In this document: positions 39,409 through 53,049 of the stretch, one piece after another | How positions within the stretch are numbered: the first letter of the stretch is position 1 | Layout of the letters: each line of letters starts with the position of its first letter | Assembly (NCBI GenBank): GCA_964016885.1 | Contig: OZ024742.1 | Location: 178,498,001-178,562,000, forward strand | Reading direction: 5' to 3' | Length of the DNA: 64,000 nt | DNA from: Eledone cirrhosa | Lineage: Eukaryota | The notes under the pieces: model-generated | The model's input: only the letters and a program-made list of their open reading frames with translations | The model's database searches: none | Told to the model about the DNA's origin: nothing | Program-made: the position numbers and the translations under genes

Positions 39409-42400
39409 AGGAATGTCCATCTTTTTTTTTTAATATCTTTAAAGTGGTTATGACTTAAGTTTCTCATGGCCCAGCAACCCACTGGGAATTATCCAAATGC
39501 CTGTATACAGTCTGCTTTTCTATAGAGAACAGTGTCTTGAACTGTTTCTCCTCCTCTTTCTTACTCTAGCTACAATACTTTCACTTCAATCATCTTTAGC
39601 ACTAATCAAATCATTGAAGTAATAAAGACAACAAAACAAACAAACAATCAGCCATATTTAACAATCCAACTTTGTAGAGTTCATTTACTTCATTTCATGA
39701 GAGTTCTTACTGATAAAATCTGTCTATTTAATGCTTCTAAAATATTGGTTTTCACCCAGTTTAACAGATGTTTCATTCCATCCTTTGTGTACCCATTGTC
39801 TGCACTAAATACACAGTATTGAGCCCCCTACACACACACTTTCAATCTTCCCCATTAATATATAGTGAGCCAAGCTGCTACCCTTACATATTTTGCTCTC
39901 TGCTACAAGCTTGGATTGTTGGCAAGTCTTTACCAGTTCAGTCTTTGATGTTATGAACCCATTTCTTCTTTGGATATTCTTGTTTTCTTTTTTCTAAATC
40001 CCAGCACCCGACAGAGATGGGTGGGAAGGAGGGGGTGGTAAATTGTTCAAGGTTTCTTTCTGCAACACCCCCACAACTCTGGAAGGTCAACAGAGGAAGT
40101 GAAGTGAAGCTACTGGCTATTGATATTTTAGATTTTGTTTTGTTAATGTGACTGGTTTAGTATTTATATTGCCTCCTATATCTTCTCTTCTTTTTCACCC
40201 ACTTTGTGGGGGCAGAGTCCTCAAACACTCCTTCCATCAAGTCCTGTGAGCAGCAACCATCTCCAACTGATCCAGCTGGATCTCCAAGTGAGACCAGCCA
40301 AGCTCATAGATGTTATCCAACCATGTTGCTTGGGGTCTACCCGTGGGGCGCCTGCCAGTTGGTTTTGCCCATAAAATCTATCCAGCAATTCTTTCCTGGG
40401 ACATTCTAATCACATGCCCATAGTATCGGAGCTTCATATATCTCCAATCAAAATATATAAAGACAGTTGAAAGTGATTTGAATATTATGGAACAAATAAA
40501 TAAAATAGAAAGGATTTGCCTGTAGGTTACTGTAGGGTGGTGGGAAGAGAGCTCAGTGGTGTGGCCAAATTGTTAGAACTGACAAGCAACATACCGTCAT
40601 ACCATGCAGTATTTAGTTGTTTCCCTTTAGATTCTGACTTAATGAAATCCGGATACATTCTCAGCTCTGTATTAACCAATGCTTAGGGGCCCAAAGGGTT
40701 TTTTTCCAGTGCTAGATTTACCGTGGAGCATGGTGTAAAGATTTTGTTTCCTCATCTGGACTTAGTTTTTCTCTAGATCTTTCACAGATTCAGCTATAAA
40801 AAGACTGGGTAATCAGTTCGAATGCCCATCTGGTCTTAAATTCTTTTGTAATGGCCTGGAGAACTACAATACTTTTTTTATGCCACATCATGTCTGAGGG
40901 TCGGCAGATATGTGATAAATAGTTATGACATTATATGACGTGTGTGTGTGTGTGTGTGTGTCATTATTGTTCATCAACATATTTTTCCATACACAGAGCC
41001 TTATTAGCAAAGCATTATAACAAATGTTTTCCCAGGGACCACCACATTGAAGTGATGCTGGCTTGGTCCCTGAGAACTACAATAAGGAAGTTGAATAACA
41101 GTAATGGTTCCATCTGTTGTTGTCACTAATGTTGCTGCTGTTATTAGGTCTACTTTATAAAGTACTGACCATCACCAAAGGCATTTCAGTCATGACAATC
41201 TATACTAGTTTTTTATTTTTTTTATTTAGGAAGGGGGGCTGAGACTACATTTAGCCAATATGTGCTTCCCTTTTTAACTCTTTCGTCACCATATTTCTAA
41301 TGATAGATACTGCTTATGGTTTTCAAATCCTACTGAATTTAGATGGATTTAGTAATATAAGTAACTTTCTCATTATTAAGCTGGATTTTGGAGCATAATT
41401 TAACAAAACTTTTTAATAAATTTATGATGGAAGATTTCTATATAAATATTAACATTTTATAGCAAGCAGTTTTCTTTCTTAGATCCAGGGGCAGCTTTAG
41501 CCAGTTTGATATCCAAAGGGTTAAGGGGTAGTTTTAAGCAGTTTGATATCAAAAGGGTTAAGGGGTAGTTTTAAGCAGTCTGGTATCAAAACAGTTAAGA
41601 TGATATATGATATGAAGGAAATTTAGTAGGTCAAATGACCATGTGGAGGCTTCCTTCCTCAGCTTCTATTTAGATGGCTTGTTAGTGAATGTGTAAATAT
41701 ATGCTTCTGTACGCACAATCTACATGTGTTGAATAACAATTACAAGGTGAAACAATTTTAGAAAATATATTGAACTAAAATGGAAAAACTGGAAGTAAAT
41801 ATTTTAATATACAATTTATTTAATTTTCTTAATTGGAAGCTTTTTGCTGTCTTCAACTATATTAAAATAGTTGAATATTTAAATTCTGCATAATAAATTA
41901 ACTGTATAAATCAAAATTTATAAAAAGATCAATAAAGCACCATTTATAATTTCACACCAACACCGCTACCAGTAACACCGCCAGCATTAACATAACTACC
42001 AACACCACCACTTCATCATAAACACCACCATCACTACTTCATCACTAACACCACTATACCACCACCAGCCATTGTAGTTTAGCAACAGGTCAATTCTGAT
42101 CAAGAAGATATATGAGATTAAAGTCAATCCAGATGTCACCACCTTGTTTGTTTGTTTGTTTCCCTAGATACTGTACACCCTGGTCCATGACTGTGTCATA
42201 TTTGTTAATAAAACAATAATGTTGAATTTGAGGGAGATTTTGCTGTTATTTCTAGTAAGCACATAAACACTCTCTAGTTGACTCAGTAGAAGTTCCTTCC
42301 CCTTACCAAGCATCCACATCTTGTTAACCCATAGTTGATTTAATCTACAATTATGGTTGCTCATAAGGGACACAATTCTCAGCTTTCTTACGCTTGTTAT

Positions 42401-43839
42401 TATGAAGACAGAGTGGCAGTGAATTAACAGTCATTAGAGTGTCGGACAAAAGCTTAGCTGTATTTGTTCTGGATCTTTACGCTCTAAGTTGCTTTTCATC
42501 CTTAAAGGATTGATAAAATAAAGTACCTGTAATCGACTTTCCTCTTCCTTTTAAATTGCTGGCCTTGTGCCTAAATTATAAATAATTATTAGGAAAGAGT
42601 TCCCTTCATAGACAAAATTGTACAAGATGTTTTGTTTCCTTCGCTCTTAACATCTTGTAATGATTTAGCTGAAAATATCTTTAAAAAAAAAAAAAAAAAT
42701 TTTTTTTAAATTTAAAAAAAGTCTATTCAAATGTTTATATAGTATCTTTATTAGTGGACAAATTGTTGTTAAAATTTACGATTTCATGCAGTACAGAAAG
42801 TTAAGACTTAACTCTTAACATCTTGTAATGATTTAGCAGAAAATATCTAAATGTGATGGTGTTAATTCATAAGTATCCTTACTAGTGAACAGACTATTGT
42901 GAAAATTTGCTGTGTTCGAGTTTAAGTACATGAATGTTTAACATAATGCAGTGATAGTGTTGTTTTGTACTTTTCAAAAGTGTTTTGATAATGTTGTTTG
43001 ATGTACTACAGTACTTAAAGAGTTAAAACATATGTCTCACTAGGACATATTTTCACCTTTATAAACACTTTAGACATTGCCAATTCCAAATTTTTTAAGG
43101 CTAACTGCTCTAACATAAACAAAATTGCTTGATGTATTTACTGCAGAGTATGGAGTGTCTTAACAAAAGTCTCTATGACATTTTCCCTCTACTCTTCATA
43201 TTTCTAACCATCATCTATATATCCAGCAAGGCATCTCTCTTTTTCCTCTCTCTCTCTCTGTACTAACTCATGACCTATATCCATCAAGGCACCCCACACT
43301 CTCTCTCTCCCCATGTTATTTTCCACCAAATGTAATGGTATCTCTTGTTACACCAATTAATATATTCAAATATTCCACCAATTAACCACAAGAATCAATA
43401 CCACACACACACCACACACACACACCACACACACACACCACACACACTACTATAGTAGGAATTAATATTCTTTTTTTATCAAGGCTAATTTGAAACTTGC
43501 TATTCTAGTGTTTCTCCCGTGTACTCATAGGATCATTTGACAAAATTTCCCTATGGGTACACAGGAGAAACTTCAGTGTAACAATGTGACTCGAATTTGG
43601 CATTAACTATTTATGTCCTGTACCACATGAAACCACAGTCATCCTTGAAATGTATACAAATAGAACTATGTCATCATCACAGTAATAACTGAAATCTTTA
43701 TTCAAATATTGCAAACCTTCACAATGATCTAACCACTAGTAAAGATACTATAAATATTTGAATTTATAAACCTGTTTCAGACATTTTCTGCTAAATCACT
43801 ACAGGATGTTATAAGAGTTAATAATAAATATATATATAC

Positions 43840-43874
<35 letters not shown>

Positions 43875-44489
43875 AGATCATGTGAGTTTAAAACAGAAGC
43901 AGGATTTCTCAAGCATATAAGAGATGTGGCTTCAACCCCCCATGTGGGCTGATGCACATCTTTTCCCGTTCAGTTAGTCTAATGATAACGGGGCATATAA
44001 GCTATTATATTTAGTCAAAGTTATGCCAAAATCTTCTTATTCAAATTTCATATATATATATATATATATATATCATCATCGATTAATGTCTATGTTCCAT
44101 GCTAGCATGGATTAGATGGGTCCCATTTAGAAGCAAGTTGGGTTGAGTGACCATGTCTTGCTCATAAAGGGGTGTTTCTGGCTATATATATATATCGTAA
44201 ATCAACTATTGTAGCATTGAGTAGATTGAAATGCACTCAATGCTCTGATAGTTTACCTTTGAAATATTGTTTATATCCAAGCTGTTTTATTTAGCTTTCT
44301 ATTTAGATGGTAGTTGTTGTCAGGGGTTATTTAAGCTCATGGTTAAGATCTGTCAGAATTTCAGGGGTGTTTTACCCAATTTTTCTAAGCTATTTTATAT
44401 AGCAATCAACTATGGTTACAGTTATTCTCTGCATTTGAGATTTGTACATTTTCTAAGAATATATACACGTTTTTTTTCGTTTTCCTTTC

Positions 44490-44521
<32 letters not shown>

Positions 44522-44566
44522 TAAAAGATCGGAGGCCATATTCAGTTGATTCAGGTTTATTTAAAA

Positions 44567-44630
44567 CTCTGTTATATATATTTCGCTGAGAACTATCAAT
44601 TATGATAGCCTTAGCTCTTCAGACAGCAAG
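44567..44630 (-). ncRNA. Minimal type-I hammerhead ribozyme (PLE type)
   Basis: Minus strand: CTGT-CTGAAGA-GCTAAGGCTATCA(TAAT)TGATAGTTCTCAGC-GAAA-TATATA-TA^ACAG. Intact core, G-C closing stem II, palindromic stem III, 4-bp stem I, with AATAAA just downstream. Confidence 0.75.
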
Positions 44631-44881
44631 ACCTATAAAAACAATGAAAGTTCCTAAAAGAAAACCTTTAAATTTGGAAAAATCCAATAAGTTCTTCGAA
44701 AAAGATTTTCTTTTCTTGATACAGGAAGTATTGTTTCTTTGATGGCCAGACATGGCTCATATTTTTTAAACCCATATTTATCCAAATGTGCATATTCTAT
44801 TTGTTATTTTATATAATTTTATCATATTTTACTCATTTAAGGTCACCTTTTTTCATTTTTTTCTTTATGTGACCAAATATT

Positions 44882-45154
44882 TCAAATGATGGTATCAGCT
44901 TCTGTTGTTTTTTTTTGTACCTTCTCAGTCATATCTGAAGAAGATGACCTTCCAAAATGTTGGAATATTTCACGATACTCAACTAAATCATGAAACAAAT
45001 TTGTTTGTTTTCTACCAATTTTGTACAGTTTGTTTGCTTTGTTTTCATTTGTTGTATTCCACACAGATAAGTTTCTGATATTACAGTGAATAAGAGTTTT
45101 CAAATAACACAACAGATTGATAATGATAATGGTCCCTATTCCTAATTCTCCCAT
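44882..45154 (-). CDS. Uncertain 90-aa ORF (putative secreted peptide precursor or decayed PLE GIY-YIG)
   Basis: ATG at 45154 in a GAAATGG context after a possible AG acceptor; hydrophobic N-terminus; G-RK and G-R sites. It also lies just upstream of a PLE-type hammerhead. Confidence 0.3.
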   Translation of the reverse strand: MGELGIGTIIIINLLCYLKTLIHCNIRNLSVWNTTNENKANKLYKIGRKQTNLFHDLVEYREIFQHFGRSSSSDMTEKVQKKTTEADTII

Positions 45155-45883
45155 TTCCCCTCTCACTATACACACACAAATATCTATCCATCTATATAAA
45201 TCAGGATAGAACCAGTTTAAACTAATTAGACAATTACTCAATAGAGTACTTGATACTCAGGGTAGTATAGTATGGCTATATTATAAAGAGTGAAGACCTG
45301 GCAGCAGAGCTCTTGCTGTTTCAACAACTAGTACCAGACTGGGTGTATCATCAGAGGCGTATGTATATATTTTAACCCCCCACCAACCCTTCATTCATGG
45401 CTGACAATGGGTTTGCACCTAGAAAGTTCCTGGTTCAAGTGTTTTTGTGGAAGTTCAGCTGTCACCTGTGTATGTAAACATTCCTGGTCCATGCCACACC
45501 TAGGCTAATACAGGTTGGCATCAGACATGTCACAGGCTAACACAATGTAAAGAGCTGAAAGAAAGAATCACAAGACATCACTACCAATGTTTTACTAAAT
45601 CCACCACCACCACTACTACTACTTTAAATGTCAATTCTGACAGCATGAAAAGCATTATTGGTGTTCGTGGAAATTGAACTCAGTTTGTAGAGAACTGGAT
45701 TGAAGACTATGTATAAAGATAATTTCTGATATCTTTCTATAACTGGAGGAATAGATGAAAGTATTTATACTTCACACTTCATTCTTTTCACAGCCAAGGC
45801 TTCTAATTCAAAGATGGTAGTTATATCTACCTTAAGTTTACCTGACTATATATATATATATATACACACACACACATATGCAT

Positions 45884-45923
<40 letters not shown>

Positions 45924-46029
45924 ATATGTATATATAAATACACACTCACACATACATATATATATACACACATTTATATATACATACATTTATATATATA
46001 TAATATACATACATTTATACATATATATA

Positions 46030-46545
46030 TGTTGAAAAAATCAGCTCTTGTGTTAAAGCAATCATTGTTGCATAACCTCTGCAAGATACTTGGTCTTTCA
46101 TCGATGCACAATCTACAGGTCTTAGAGCCATTTATATATGGTCTCAAATATCTCAAGAGTTTTCCATTTGATGGAGAAGTTCATGCCTGCCTCCTTGAGT
46201 AACCATACATGGCTTGCTAGTTTTGTAGTTGATTGCTTGTCTAGGTGTCTAAAGGTCATCTCATGGTTAAGGAAGCATTCTTTAAACCGGCATTCTGACT
46301 TCTTGCTGTTGATTCTGCCAGGTGGGTGTAACTTTGGCCTCGTAGATGATTTCAGGTGTGTTACACTATTGCTGTAGAGGGCATGATTCTGGCTTTCTAC
46401 TTGAGCATCCAGATGAGAGAGCACTCTTGGAGTTAGTGGTGATGTAAAACATGTATTAAAGTATGGAATTAATTCTATATCGAACTCATCCTTTAGACTG
46501 AATGCTCTACCGACTTTGGATAAAACTTTCTGATTTTCCACTACT
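46030..46545 (-). mobile_element. Penelope-like element GIY-YIG endonuclease C-terminal remnant between (TA)n tracts
   Basis: RFKECFLNHEMTFRH...STTKLASHVWLLKEAGMNFSIKWKTL, then after a frameshift PYINGSKTCRLCIDERPSIL...NTRADF. This matches the PLE FKxRxxNHxxxF..TxLSxxxWxLK..Y..CxLCxxEK..LNxRxE pattern. Confidence 0.8.
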
Positions 46546-47009
46546 ATATATATATATGTACACACATGTACATATATATATATATATATATATATGCATG
46601 CCTCCTGTGTAATTATTTTTTTGTGATGCTGTAAAGATAAATTTTTTTATCAAGCAAAGTCTGTGATGTGATATCTGTTCTATACTAGGATCCATTTTGC
46701 TTCACATCCATCAGTAATATGGAGAGGCATAAACATTACAGCCTCACATTTCCATCCCTATTCTATTATCTTAAAAATACATCTCAGGCTTCATATCTTT
46801 GTAAAAAAAAAAAAATAAATAAATAAATAAATAAAATGAAACAACTGCAAAATTAACCAAAAATGTTCAAATATACAATTATTATTCTTGTTGCTGTTGT
46901 CATAGATGTTATTTTTGTCACGCAATCCTCATCAGGCATTGTTTTATGGCCAAATGACCTTCCTGGTGCCAACTCGTTTAATTGCCTTTCATAACATGCA
47001 GAAATGTGG

Positions 47010-47880
47010 TGTACCTGTGATGAATGTTGTGGAGATGGTTGGATGATATGTTGAGGAAGGATGAATGTGTCTGGCTGAGAGGAGTGATGGAAATAGAACC
47101 AGTGAAGAGAAATGGAATGAGATGAAAGTGATTGAGAGGAACAGAAACAGCAGTGAAATCATCATCATCATTTCATTTTACGTCCGCTTTTTCCCTGCTT
47201 GCAAGGGTGGGATGGGAACTGATTCTGGCTTGATTTCTACAGCTGGATGCCCTTCCTAACACCAACCTCATTTACAGTGAGTGCTGGGTGCTTTTTTGCC
47301 ATGGCACCTCTACGACCACTTTGCAGTGGAATGATAGGGACCTCAGTCCCTATCATCTCATTTCTACAGCTGAGTAAACTGGAGCAATGTGAAATGAAGT
47401 GTCTTGCTCAAGGAAACAACACATCACCCGGTCTGAGAATTGAACTCACAACCTTTCGATTGCAAGGCCAATGCTCTAACCACTAAGCCATGTGCCTCCA
47501 TAAAAAATCAATGGGGCTCGTCCGGGATGTGAAGAGAAATGGAATGTGATGGTTAAATCATATGTTGAGGAAGAATGAAAGTGTCTGGCTGAAAGGAATG
47601 ATGGGAAGAGATCCAATGATGAACATTGGGAAAAGAAATGGAATGAGATGGTTGGGTCTGTGTTGAGGAAGGATGAAAGTATGGTGAAGTGTTGTAAAGA
47701 GAAATAGAATGAGATGGTAAACATGGCAAAGAATCGAGGAAATAAGGCCAGGGTTTGGTGAGGGGAGATGCAGACAATAGAGAAAATGGAAAACCTTGTG
47801 ATGGAAACCACAAGGCAAATCTTTGCTTTAGCAGGGATGATTGCCTTAAAATGCTTGTTGTTGCAGTTGTCGTAGATGTT
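47010..47880 (+). mobile_element. Decayed RTE-LINE 3' fragment related to the 61-63.8 kb element, interrupted by a SINE
   Basis: Several degenerate GTGAAGAGAAATGGAATGAGATGGTTGGG..TGTTGAGGAAG units, and a downstream tail (ACATGGC..GCAGACAATAGA..AATCTYTGCTTTA) shared with 63687-63800. Confidence 0.7.
47159..47499 (-). mobile_element. CORE-like SINE, near-identical to 9536-9873
   Basis: Reverse complement of the 9536 copy with few differences. Confidence 0.85.
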
Positions 47881-47984
47881 ACACAAAAGAGCACAAATGC
47901 TTAAATTTTTTTTCTGTTTCAACAATCACTTGAACCTGATGTTTTTCGCTCATTAGAACAGTTCAAATATTAATTATTATTATT

Positions 47985-48735
47985 ATTTGGCAGAATTGTT
48001 AGGGTGTTGGATAAACTGCTTTGTGGTTTTTCTTCTGGCTCTTTATGTTCTGAGTTCAAATCCCACCAAGGTCAACTTTGCCTTTTATTCTTCTGGGTGC
48101 TGATAAAATAAAGTACTAGTGACTTACTAGGAATATTTGATCTAATCAACTATAGTTCTTATCTTCCACCCTAAACATTTGTGGCTTTGTGCCTTTTTAA
48201 AAAATTATCTCCATCATTATCATCATGATCACTGTCATCCTTATTTAATCTGAGGACAATATATTGACAGAATCTGTAGAGTAACAGACACTCTTTGAGT
48301 TGATATATCTCATTACATTCAGTGCTCAAATCCTGCTGAAGGCAAGTTAGCCTTTCACCGCCCTGGGGGAAGGCGTCTATAACTTAAAGTACTAGCCCAG
48401 TACATGTGTGGATTTTAATGACTATACTTCTTCCCAATACCAAAAAAGAGAAAATTTTTCAGACCTCATATTATATCAGAAATCATTGTCATTATTATTA
48501 TTATTAATTTTATAATTATTATTGTTTGGGTAGTAGACTGGTAGAATTGTTAGAGCTTTGGAGAAAATTCCTCATAATATTTAGTTGCAGTGCTTTACAT
48601 TCTGAGTTCAAATTCTGCTGAGGTCATCTTTGCCTTTCATCCTCCCTGGATCGATAAAATAAAGTACCAACTAAGTACTGGGGTCGAATTAATCGACTTT
48701 CCTCTCCTGCAAAATGTCTGGCCTTGTGCCTCTAT
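47985..48735 (+). mobile_element. Cluster of three older Meta-like SINEs
   Basis: Repeated TGGCAGAAT..GAGTTCAAAT..TTGCCTTTCATC..GATAAAATAAAGTAC motifs. Confidence 0.7.
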
Positions 48736-51210
48736 TATTATTAAAAATTATATTATTATTATTATTATTATTATTATCATCATAATCATCACCACCATTT
48801 ATTATTATAATGATTATTATCGATTTTTTTTTTTTTTTTTTTGTTGCTATGAAATATTGTTAGGCATACATTTAAATGCACATACATATATTTATATATT
48901 GCACAAATGTGTGCATAACAAATGAAAATTTTAGAAAAAAATAAAAGTAAAAAAAATAAACAAAAAAAATACCAAGACCTTGCATCGGTGTTGAACAATT
49001 CAATGTGTGCAATGCTTGTTTTCAATGAAAACACAACTGATGGATTTTGATTTTTGGAGCTTTGCTTTATAATGGATCTTTTTCATATTTTTTTGCAAAA
49101 TAAATTTGAAAAAAAAAAATAATAAAAAAAGAAAATATATATATATTCGAGTTTTTTAATTTAAATTTCATATTTCCCCATCCTTCTTCTTATTTGAATC
49201 AACAGGTAACCCTTTCATTACTTTTTTTCTAATAATCACTTGTGATTTTCAAATAATTTGAAAATATTTCGGAATTTGAAAAAACTTATTGATATAACTT
49301 TCGCATAATATTATTTAGCTGGTGTTTGGAACATAACTTAACAAATATTCTGACATAAAATTATGATGAAAAGTTTTTAAATAAATATAAGTACTTTCAA
49401 ATAAACAGTTTTGAATCATACAACCAGGGTCGGTTTCAGGTGGTTTGCTATCAAAAGTATTAAAACTAAGGCATGTTCTTGAAATTTTGAGAAAAAAAAA
49501 AAAAAATAATATATATATATATATATATATTTATGTGTATGGAGTCGTAGGGGCATCATAGTGATATATGATATTTCTTTGGCAATTTTAAGCCGAGCAG
49601 AGCCCATCTCTCCAGATCTGATCACACTCGATTTCTTCCAGAGAATGTGAATGAGTGATAATGAGGAAGTGAGGAAGTATGGACACCAGTACTAGATTGC
49701 TACTTTATCAACTTTCAAAGGATGAAAGGCAAAGTTGACCTTGACAGGATTTGAGGTCAGAGCTGGAATGAATACTGCATTCTATCTGATATTCTCACAG
49801 CTCTACCAATTCACTTCCTAATACTGCATATACTGATGCTAATTTTTCAGTAGTAAGACCTTTTTTACCTTTTCTTTCCAATCAACGGTCAATTATAAGA
49901 TGATCACATCCAATTGTGCCAAATTTGAAAGTACCTGTATGACTGCAGTACTCAGCTCCACAAGTCCAAATATTTCAAAATCACACTTTGATTCAGAATT
50001 TCCATCCAAGCTGCACTCGAGCAGTTTGTAGCAACCATTTGTCAGATGATAACAATAAAATGAATGGCATTTAAAATGTTAAATAACTGCCAGTAATCTT
50101 TTACAGAGGGGTTTCAAACTGAAGGACTTAAAAGAACCATTATGTCTTGGGGAAGAGGCACAGCTGGCCAAAAGTGAGATGGAGGGGATATGATTTCCAC
50201 CAGTTATAGTGCAATAACAGCTGATAGGCTGCTCTCTCTCTCTCTTTTTTTTTTTTTTTTTTACATCAAAATGAATAAACATGATAGTAAGTGGGAAATA
50301 TGAATTAGTACATATAAAGTATGCTGTTGGAGACAACTTGCAACACGAGAGTAATCTCCCCTTAATACATAGTGCAGTGTCAAGGGAAGCAATTCATAAG
50401 AAGATTCAGCATGTTGAAGATTAATTCCATTTTTACTTTTGTTAAATTCTTTTTTTTCTACTTTCACTTTTGATAAATTCCGTTTCTTTCCATGTTTTTG
50501 TATTTCATGGGTAAATTGCATGAATATTACTATGAATATTATTAAATAAGGGAAAACAAAATTCTTCTGTTGAGGGCCACAGAAAATTAGTTTGTGAGCC
50601 AAGTGTTTGAGACCCCTGGTTTACAGTCACATCAGAGCTTTTGTCAAATACATTGGCCATTTTCTTAAATTATTCCTACAGATTGGACACTTTGAAGGTT
50701 GATAATACACCCTGGTCCATTAGCTGGAGAACAAGTGTTGTCTTTTGAGACATGTAAACTACATAGCTTTAAGATTCATTTGTATTTCATCAAAATTTTG
50801 AGGATGGTCTGAATGAAACATTGCCAAGCAGAAGTATAGCAGTTTTTATTAGTGTTTAGTTTTGAACAAAGTAGATTAGGTGGTGCTCCATACAATTCTC
50901 ACCTTGAAAATATTTATTCCTCTATTTATCCCTGTTGCAATGACTGCTAAATCTGCACTGTGCATCACTGATGCCTGTGTGCATGAGAGAGAGAGCAAGG
51001 AGTGTGTGTAACATGAGAAATTAAATTAGATTCAATGATGGACAGTGAGTTGTTGACTTTGGAACAATTCTTGGTATGCAGTAAACAACTGTATGAACAA
51101 TTCACAGTAATATCAAAAATTTATAGTCTGTGCTACAAAATCAACCAGGTTTAGCAAGCCAGCCTAATGGAAAATATGGGGAGACATTTAAACATATGAT
51201 GTAGTTTGCA

Positions 51211-51420
51211 TTAGGAAGGTCATCCAGCCATAGAAACCATGCTCCCAGCACACGCTGTAAAGTGGTTGGTGTTAGGAAGGCTATCCAGTCATAGAAACCA
51301 TGCTCCCAGTACACACTGTAAAGTGGTTGGTGTTAGGAAGGCCATCCAGTCATAGAAACCATGCTCCTACTACATGCTGTAAAGTGGTTGGTGTTAGGAA
51401 GACCATCCAGTCATAGAAAC
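51211..51420. repeat. 61-bp tandem repeat (~3.5 copies) from a dispersed repeat tail
   Basis: TTAGGAAG at 51211, 51272, 51333 and 51394. Confidence 0.85.
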
Positions 51421-51777
51421 CAAGCTAGAAACAAATCTGTATGAGTAAGACAAGGCCACCAGAACTAACATGTCTCAGAATGTGACAACCCATCTAATCT
51501 ATGCAAGCATTTGCCAAATTAAAGGTTGGAAAGATTCTTCAGTTGCATCAAAGGCATGACAGTGTTGGTGATCTACATAATAAATGCACCCAGTATATTC
51601 TGTAAACTATTTGGTAGTAGGAAGAGCATAGCATCCAGCCATAGAAAGCTTGGCTAACAAAGGAATGGAGGAATTTTTTACTTGTCAAAGGTATGGCAAC
51701 TTTCCTAGTGTTGCTGATCAACACAATAAACACACCCAGTGGACTCTGTAAAGTAGTTGGAGGTAGAAAGGGCATCC

Positions 51778-52200
51778 AAACAAAGAATTGGGAGGACCTT
51801 TCCCTTGTGTCAAAGGAATGAAAACCTCCCTAGTGTTGGTGATCTACATTGTAAATGTACCCAGTACAGTGTAAAATGTCTGGTGAGAGGAAGGGCATCC
51901 AACAGTTGAAAGCTTGCCAAACAAAGAATTGGGAGGACCTTTCCCTTGTGTCAAAGGAATGAAAACCTCCCTAGTGTTGGTGATCTACATTGTAAATGTA
52001 CCCAGTACAGTGTAAAATGTCTGGTGAGAGGAAGGGCATCCAACAGTTGAAAGCTTGCCAAACAAAGAATTGGGAGGACCTTTCCCTTGTGTCAAAGGAA
52101 TGAAAACCTCCCTAGTGTTGGTGATCTACATTGTAAATGTACCCAGTACAGTGTAAAATGTCTGGTGAGAGGAAGGGCATCCAACAGTTGAAAGCTTGCC
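51778..52200. repeat. 141-bp tandem repeat, 3 identical copies
   Basis: AAACAAAGAATTGGGAGGACC at 51778, 51919 and 52060. Confidence 0.9.
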
Positions 52201-53049
52201 AAAGTTTTGGAAGGACTCTCCAGCTGCGTCAAAGATATGACAGTCTCCCTAGTGCTGGTGCTATGATAAAATGCACTTGGTAGGATGCAGGGAACATATG
52301 TAAGCCCATCTGAGAGGTCAGTGGCTCTGTTACTTGAGTATTGATGAGAACTGACTCAGCCTGTAATATACATCATCATCACCATCATCACTGTTTAACA
52401 TCTATTTCTCCATGCTTTCATCGGTTAGATGGATCGTCCATGTTATGATACAAGTTTGGCCAATACCCTCTCAAGCTATTGTGACATTCTCTCGTATTTT
52501 ATTTCCATTCACTGATTATATATGGAAATTATGTAAATAGAAGGATATTTGGCCAGACCTAGTTACATTTTATTATAAAATGTGCCTTAAGCTAGTCAAT
52601 ATTTCTGGGTCAGTAGGAAGGGACCAAATGGTCTTATATTTTACCCTTAGATTAGAAATGTCTCATATAGGACACCATAGTTAGTGACTCTTTCATTCCT
52701 TCTCACATCTTGGATGTTAGAGTGAAGTTAAGTGAGAAAAAACCTGCATACCCAATCACACGTCACCAGGAGCAATCGAGTTTCTCTAATATTTTTTTAA
52801 ATCACAGGTATTATTATTTCAGTGGGAAATATTCTTTATTCTTTGTGTTTTTTTTTTTCGTATGTTTAAACTTAACTCTTCATATGCTGCAAAGGACTTT
52901 TTCTCTGTGAGTTTTTTCTTATTTTTCGTGAGTTATATAATTCACTTTTTTTAGTTAATGTGAGGGTTAGGGGTTAGGTTTAGAGCAGTCGTTCCCACCC
53001 TTTTTTTCTCTATGCCCCATCTCAACAACTAAAAAATGTTTGTCTCCTT

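Noticed and set aside
44590-44622. Minus-strand terminal exon (VLLSEELRLS*) with AATAAA
   Set aside because: The sequence is better explained as a hammerhead-bearing PLE terminus.
49870-50070. Possible minus-strand coding exon
   Set aside because: There are stops in all frames before the best donor, and no recognisable product.
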